Assembly (NCBI GenBank): GCA_965657355.1
Contig: CBFHOE010000003.1
Location: 32,001 to 96,000, forward strand
Direction: 5' to 3'
DNA from: Limisphaerales bacterium
GTDB lineage: Bacteria; Verrucomicrobiota; Verrucomicrobiia; Limisphaerales; JAJOIW01
Length of the DNA stretch: 64,000 nucleotides
The notes beneath the pieces are model-generated. The model did not search any database, had not been told where the DNA came from, and was given only the letters and a program-made list of their open reading frames with translations. Position 1 is the first letter of the stretch, and the number at the start of each line of letters is the position of its first letter. Made by a program: the position numbers and the translations under genes. Shown piece after piece: positions 59,845 to 64,000 of this stretch.

Positions 59845-59922
59845 TGCCTTGAACACAAATTATACCAAATTTAATCGCTGTGCTATTCAAGCAACCTAAA
59901 GGCGATTCACCACATACGTCAT

Positions 59923-61842
59923 ATGGATAGGACATCATATATAGTTTTAGGCATTTGTTTTGTGCTCTTGTTCGCATGGGAGCCACTAACCAGCAAGCTA
60001 GCCCAGTCGGAAGACTCTTCATCTGAACCTAAATCGCAGGGGGGGGTTACTAACAGCGCTTCCACCATCGCCATTGGTGAAACAGAGCCAAGCTTGAGCA
60101 CCGACGATTTAAAAATCCCACAGACCACCGATGGGGTGCTTTCAGCTTTAGCAACGAATAATGCCGAAACAATCAAAGTTGAAACCGGCACGCTTCAAAA
60201 TGAGCCTATTGAATCAAAAACTTTCAAGCTTGAGACTCCAAATGCCAGTTACGAATTTTCAAACCTTTTCGGTGGTTTAAAATCCGTTTATCTAAAAAAT
60301 TATGAAAGAAATATCACCTGCGGAAGCGAAGGTGAGATTAATTCGACAAATCGAGTTGTTATTAATTACAAAAACAACTACGAGATTCTCGGTTTAGAAA
60401 ATTTGAGTAGTTTGGGCGCCCAAGGCGGATTTGAACATCGCGAAGATCCTTCCAATAACTCCATCTTATTTTGGAAGAACCTGCCAGGTGGCCTCCAATT
60501 GGCTCAGGAGTTTATTGTCTCAACCAATGACTATCACATAACCGCCAAGATACAGATAAAAAATGTTTCACCTGATACGCCCAGGCTGGTGAAGAGTACT
60601 CGACGTTCTGTGGGTTCAATAGCTGTAAACACTTTTGCCGAGCAAGATATCGATCTTCGGCTTTTCTTTTTAGATGGAACCCAATTTGAAAAAGTTCAGT
60701 CATCATGGTTTGATAACAAAACATTAGGCTGCATCCCCGGAACTCCTCGATCTCAGTTCAGCCAGCAAACAAGCAATCTGCAATGGTGCTCCCTCGCAAA
60801 TCGGTTTTTCTCAATAATCGTCGAACCGAAGCCTAGCCTCCACGGCAGTCCTCAAGGGGTGGTTGCAGTAAGGAAAAAAATTGCCTTTCCGGATGATCCC
60901 AAGCTTAAGCCTCACGATCAAATTCAAGCCGCATTATTTTACCCAGAAAAAATTCTTGGAGCAGGGGAATCCATTGTCCGGGAATTTGATATCTATGTCG
61001 GGCCGAAATCATACCAAACACTGAAGAAAATGCCTCTAGACAAAGACAAAATAGCTGACTTTGGTTGGTTTGGATTTTTCAGCAAAGGACTTTTGTCTGC
61101 GATGAATGGATTGCACTCATTGGGGTTGCCTTACGCTCTTTGCATCCTACTCATCACCTTCGTCATAAAGATGATCTTTTGGCCATTAACACATGCCAGT
61201 ACCAAATCCATGAAGAGGATGTCCAAGCTACAGCCTCAGATGAAGGAGATTCAGGAAAAATACAAGGACGAGCCCCAAAAAATGCAGCAAAAGCTCATGG
61301 GCTTCATGAAGGAAAACAAGGTTAATCCCATGGGTGGCTGTATACCAATGGTGCTTCAAATGCCCGTATTTATTGGGTTTTTCTACATGATACGAACGGC
61401 TTTTGAATTGCGAGGGGAATCATTCTTGTGGGCGTGTGATCTTTCTCAATCAGACACAGTTGCTGTTTTATTCGGGTTTCCAATAAATCCCATGCCCATA
61501 TTAATGGGAATCACAATGTTAGTTCAGGCAAGGTTGACACCACCGGCAGCTGGCGTAGACCCAATGCAGGCAAATATGATGCGATATATGCCGCTCATGT
61601 TTGTGGCTTTTCTTTACAATTTCAGTTCGGCATTAACGATGTATTGGACGTTTCAGAACGTCCTAAGTATCGTTCAAACGCGTCTAACAAAAATTGACGA
61701 ATCAAAACTCGTGACGAAGACCTCCCCAACAGGAGGAGCCGGAATGCCAACGAAAAAGTCTAAAAAATCACGGAAGCCTAAAAATTGGCTCGAAGCCAAG
61801 CAAATGGCCATGAAGTCGTCCAATAAGAAGAAAAAACATTAG
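59923..61842 (+). CDS. yidC: Membrane protein insertase YidC
   Basis: N-terminal TM, large periplasmic domain, 'YVGPK', 'SMKRM..LQPQM..IQEKYK', 'NPMGGCIP', 'YW..QN'; basic tail. Confidence 0.97.
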   Translation: MDRTSYIVLGICFVLLFAWEPLTSKLAQSEDSSSEPKSQGGVTNSASTIAIGETEPSLSTDDLKIPQTTDGVLSALATNNAETIKVETGTLQNEPIESKTFKLETPNASYEFSNLFGGLKSVYLKNYERNITCGSEGEINSTNRVVINYKNNYEILGLENLSSLGAQGGFEHREDPSNNSILFWKNLPGGLQLAQEFIVSTNDYHITAKIQIKNVSPDTPRLVKSTRRSVGSIAVNTFAEQDIDLRLFFLDGTQFEKVQSSWFDNKTLGCIPGTPRSQFSQQTSNLQWCSLANRFFSIIVEPKPSLHGSPQGVVAVRKKIAFPDDPKLKPHDQIQAALFYPEKILGAGESIVREFDIYVGPKSYQTLKKMPLDKDKIADFGWFGFFSKGLLSAMNGLHSLGLPYALCILLITFVIKMIFWPLTHASTKSMKRMSKLQPQMKEIQEKYKDEPQKMQQKLMGFMKENKVNPMGGCIPMVLQMPVFIGFFYMIRTAFELRGESFLWACDLSQSDTVAVLFGFPINPMPILMGITMLVQARLTPPAAGVDPMQANMMRYMPLMFVAFLYNFSSALTMYWTFQNVLSIVQTRLTKIDESKLVTKTSPTGGAGMPTKKSKKSRKPKNWLEAKQMAMKSSNKKKKH

Positions 61843-61957
61843 AGCTCAAGATTCAATTTTTAGCTTTCTGGTGCGGAGCCACAGACCATAAAATGGCTAG
61901 GTGGCTATGAATCAGGGATCCAGAAAACCTTTGCAAATTTCCAAACTCAATCGATAA

Positions 61958-62410
61958 ATGTCACAAGAACCAAAACAACTTCTATTAGAGATCGTCAAAT
62001 CACTTGGATTTGAAGCCACAATCGAGGAAAAGCCGTGGGAACAGGGCGTTCTTCTTGATATCCAAACGGACGACACTTCTCGCCTGATAGGCAGAAAGGG
62101 CCAAACCTTGGCTGCCCTACAATATCTACTCAATCGCATCCTCTTTAGATCCGATGAGAATGCTCCAAAAGTAACAGTTGATGTCGGATGCTATCGATCT
62201 GAACAAAGAGCTGAGCTTATTAAAATGGCTCAAAATTCCGCCGAGAAATGCAAAAAATGGGGGGAAATCATAGAATTAAGACCTATGAACGCCTTCAACA
62301 GGCGCATCGTTCACAACGCACTCAAAGAGGACCCAGGTGTCGAAACAATGAGTGTTGAAGTTCAAGGAAGCGAATTAAAAGCCATTATATTGAAACCTTT
62401 GTCCGCCTGA
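61958..62410 (+). CDS. jag: KH + R3H RNA-binding protein (Jag/KhpB/EloR family, lacking Jag_N domain)
   Basis: KH 'LIGRKGQTLAALQYL' and R3H 'RRIVH'; follows yidC. Confidence 0.9.
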   Translation: MSQEPKQLLLEIVKSLGFEATIEEKPWEQGVLLDIQTDDTSRLIGRKGQTLAALQYLLNRILFRSDENAPKVTVDVGCYRSEQRAELIKMAQNSAEKCKKWGEIIELRPMNAFNRRIVHNALKEDPGVETMSVEVQGSELKAIILKPLSA

Positions 62411-62454
62411 AAATCCATAATCTCGAATGCCGAGACCACTTAGGGAGTAAAACA

Positions 62455-62507
62455 GCGGTAAAAGGGATAAACGCAAATGATCAGCCCTTCACCGCCCTCT
62501 TTTTTTT
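62455..62507 (+). terminator. Possible intrinsic terminator of the rpmH-jag operon
   Basis: GCGGT-A-AAAGGG pairs imperfectly with CCCTT-C-ACCGC around an ~18-nt loop, then a T8 run. Confidence 0.45.
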
Positions 62508-62519
62508 GGTAAACGGATA

Positions 62520-64000
62520 TTAAGGTTTTCTATACCGCGACTTTCGACCAGATTTAAGCCAGCTTGGTTCACGTTGCCTTGAATCGATGAACACTTTGTT
62601 TCTCTCAAGTATCGTGGCTTCGCTGAATGAGAGTAAAGTTAAGGCTCTGCGGTAATTTACCATGGCAGATATTTCATCGGCTTGTGCCTGTGTGAGGTCT
62701 CTTTGAAGCCTGAGCACGATAAAGTCTGTGGATTTACCTTTTTCAAGTTTTACCTGTTCAACCTCAAGCGCTTTTTGTGCAAACTTTCTCGCTTCAGATC
62801 TTGCTAAGACCTGTTCCTTAGCAGATTTTGCTGAGTCGACCGCGTCAGCGATTTCCGCCTGAATGCGTTGTTCTAGATCTTTCAGTCTGAGTAATAGAAT
62901 TTGATGCTGGGCTTTTGCTAGTTTGTATCTACTTCTTGGCCCTTTATTATTAAGCGGTACGGAATATTGAATTCCCACAAGCGTAGAAGGGTCATTTCTG
63001 CGGGCAAAATCATCCCAAACTCCCGTGTATTTCCTGTCCAAGCCATTTAAACTATAGCTTGCTATTAAGTCTAGCTGCGGATAGAGCTGATTCTTTGAAA
63101 ACTTTATTTCGATGTCCTGAGTATCGATATTGATTCTGGATTGAACAATTTCCGGCCTTTCAATCAAGCCGCGGGACCAGCTTGCGTAGACATCGAAAGT
63201 GTATTCTTTTGTTCCGAGCTTTTCTTTGGGCACGACCTCTGTTGCATATATGTCAGCGAAGTCATCTGAAATTAGTCTTTTAAGAGCATTTTGGCTTCTT
63301 TTTAGTGCCTGTTTGGCTTGAATCAAACTTGCTTTGCTAGAAGCAACCTGAGCTTCTGCTTCTGTTTCGTCGAGTGGAGCCATCACGCCTACTTTAATTT
63401 TCACTCTATTTTCGGAAAGGGTTGTCTCTCCTAGCTCAAGTGCTTTTTGTTGGACTTTGACGTTTTCATAGCTGGCTATGAGGTCGTAGTATGCGATTTC
63501 TACATCTCTCACTATTTGCATCAAGTTCAGCTCGAATTGAGAATAGGATAATTCCACGTTTTTTCTGCTTACCCTGATAAAACGTCTGGTGGTATCTATC
63601 CACATGTTTTTGAGAAGAGGTTGAGATAAAAAGAATTGCAAATTACCTGTGTTTCTATTGCTCAACGGGATGAAGGCTCCCTCTCTCTGGGCTGTATTAA
63701 ATCCAACTGTGTATGATGTCCCGGTAGGCAAGAGCCCTTGGATGTTATTATCATTAGTGATGGTTTTTGTGATGTTGGATGGAAACGATTCATTGGTGGC
63801 AGGGTTAATACCACCTGGACTGGAATCATCTCTCAAGTTAACGCTGCCTCTGAGTTGAGGAATATAGCCTGCTAACGCATCTTGCAACCGGTATTCGTCG
63901 AGTTGAGGATTAAATTCTTGAATTCGGAGTTGGAGGTTTTCCTCTAATGCCAAAGTAATGGCGTCCTCTAGTGATATTTCAAGAATCTTGCTCTCTTGTT
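62520..64000 (-). CDS. TolC-family outer-membrane efflux protein, 5'-truncated by window edge
   Basis: Frame stays open past 63953 ('ISLEDAITLALEENL'); 'LSQPLL', 'VEIAYYDL', 'RPEI', 'LYPQLDL'. Confidence 0.9.
   Translation of the reverse strand, partial: QESKILEISLEDAITLALEENLQLRIQEFNPQLDEYRLQDALAGYIPQLRGSVNLRDDSSPGGINPATNESFPSNITKTITNDNNIQGLLPTGTSYTVGFNTAQREGAFIPLSNRNTGNLQFFLSQPLLKNMWIDTTRRFIRVSRKNVELSYSQFELNLMQIVRDVEIAYYDLIASYENVKVQQKALELGETTLSENRVKIKVGVMAPLDETEAEAQVASSKASLIQAKQALKRSQNALKRLISDDFADIYATEVVPKEKLGTKEYTFDVYASWSRGLIERPEIVQSRINIDTQDIEIKFSKNQLYPQLDLIASYSLNGLDRKYTGVWDDFARRNDPSTLVGIQYSVPLNNKGPRSRYKLAKAQHQILLLRLKDLEQRIQAEIADAVDSAKSAKEQVLARSEARKFAQKALEVEQVKLEKGKSTDFIVLRLQRDLTQAQADEISAMVNYRRALTLLSFSEATILERNKVFIDSRQREPSWLKSGRKSRYRKP

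Noticed and set aside
1..64000. CRISPR arrays, tRNA/rRNA genes, reverse transcriptase or prophage modules
   Set aside because: No regularly spaced repeats, cloverleafs or relevant protein motifs were seen by eye, and nearly all space is taken by assignable CDSs. tRNAscan/Infernal runs would be needed to exclude small RNAs formally.

Overview
This 64 kb window is gene-dense, AT-leaning bacterial chromosome. The gene families and architectures suggest a free-living PVC-superphylum organism, most likely Verrucomicrobiota (inference). Housekeeping genes include nadD-rsfS, thiD, rho, purD, a short type IIA topoisomerase pair (parE/parC-like), dus, an LD-carboxypeptidase, modABC, rsmI, prc, and rpmH-rnpA-yidC-jag. 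rpmH is missing from the ORF track. Two multi-gene envelope systems of unknown function stand out. (1) 31.0-38.0 kb: a sigma54-type promoter precedes a tightly coupled operon of an ABC-2-like permease, three different SPFH/HflKC-like proteins and a P1B-like ATPase with non-standard metal-site motifs, with no ftsH in the window. This is the best candidate for an undescribed system. (2) 1-13.2 kb: a BatA/vWA-type cluster with a large helical membrane protein, an LTxxQ-repeat secreted protein, a cyclase-fold protein lacking DxDD and a large double-thioredoxin protein. Other observations: a second sigma54 promoter whose predicted start site coincides with a structured ~140-nt leader/sRNA, a phosphatase-RpiB-GlyA triple fusion, an S41 homologue lacking its catalytic Ser, a shared C-terminal domain on two unrelated secreted enzymes, and a lone RAYT-type HUH transposase. 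I saw no rRNA, tRNA, CRISPR array or prophage. All calls come from reading motifs by eye; no database searches were run.
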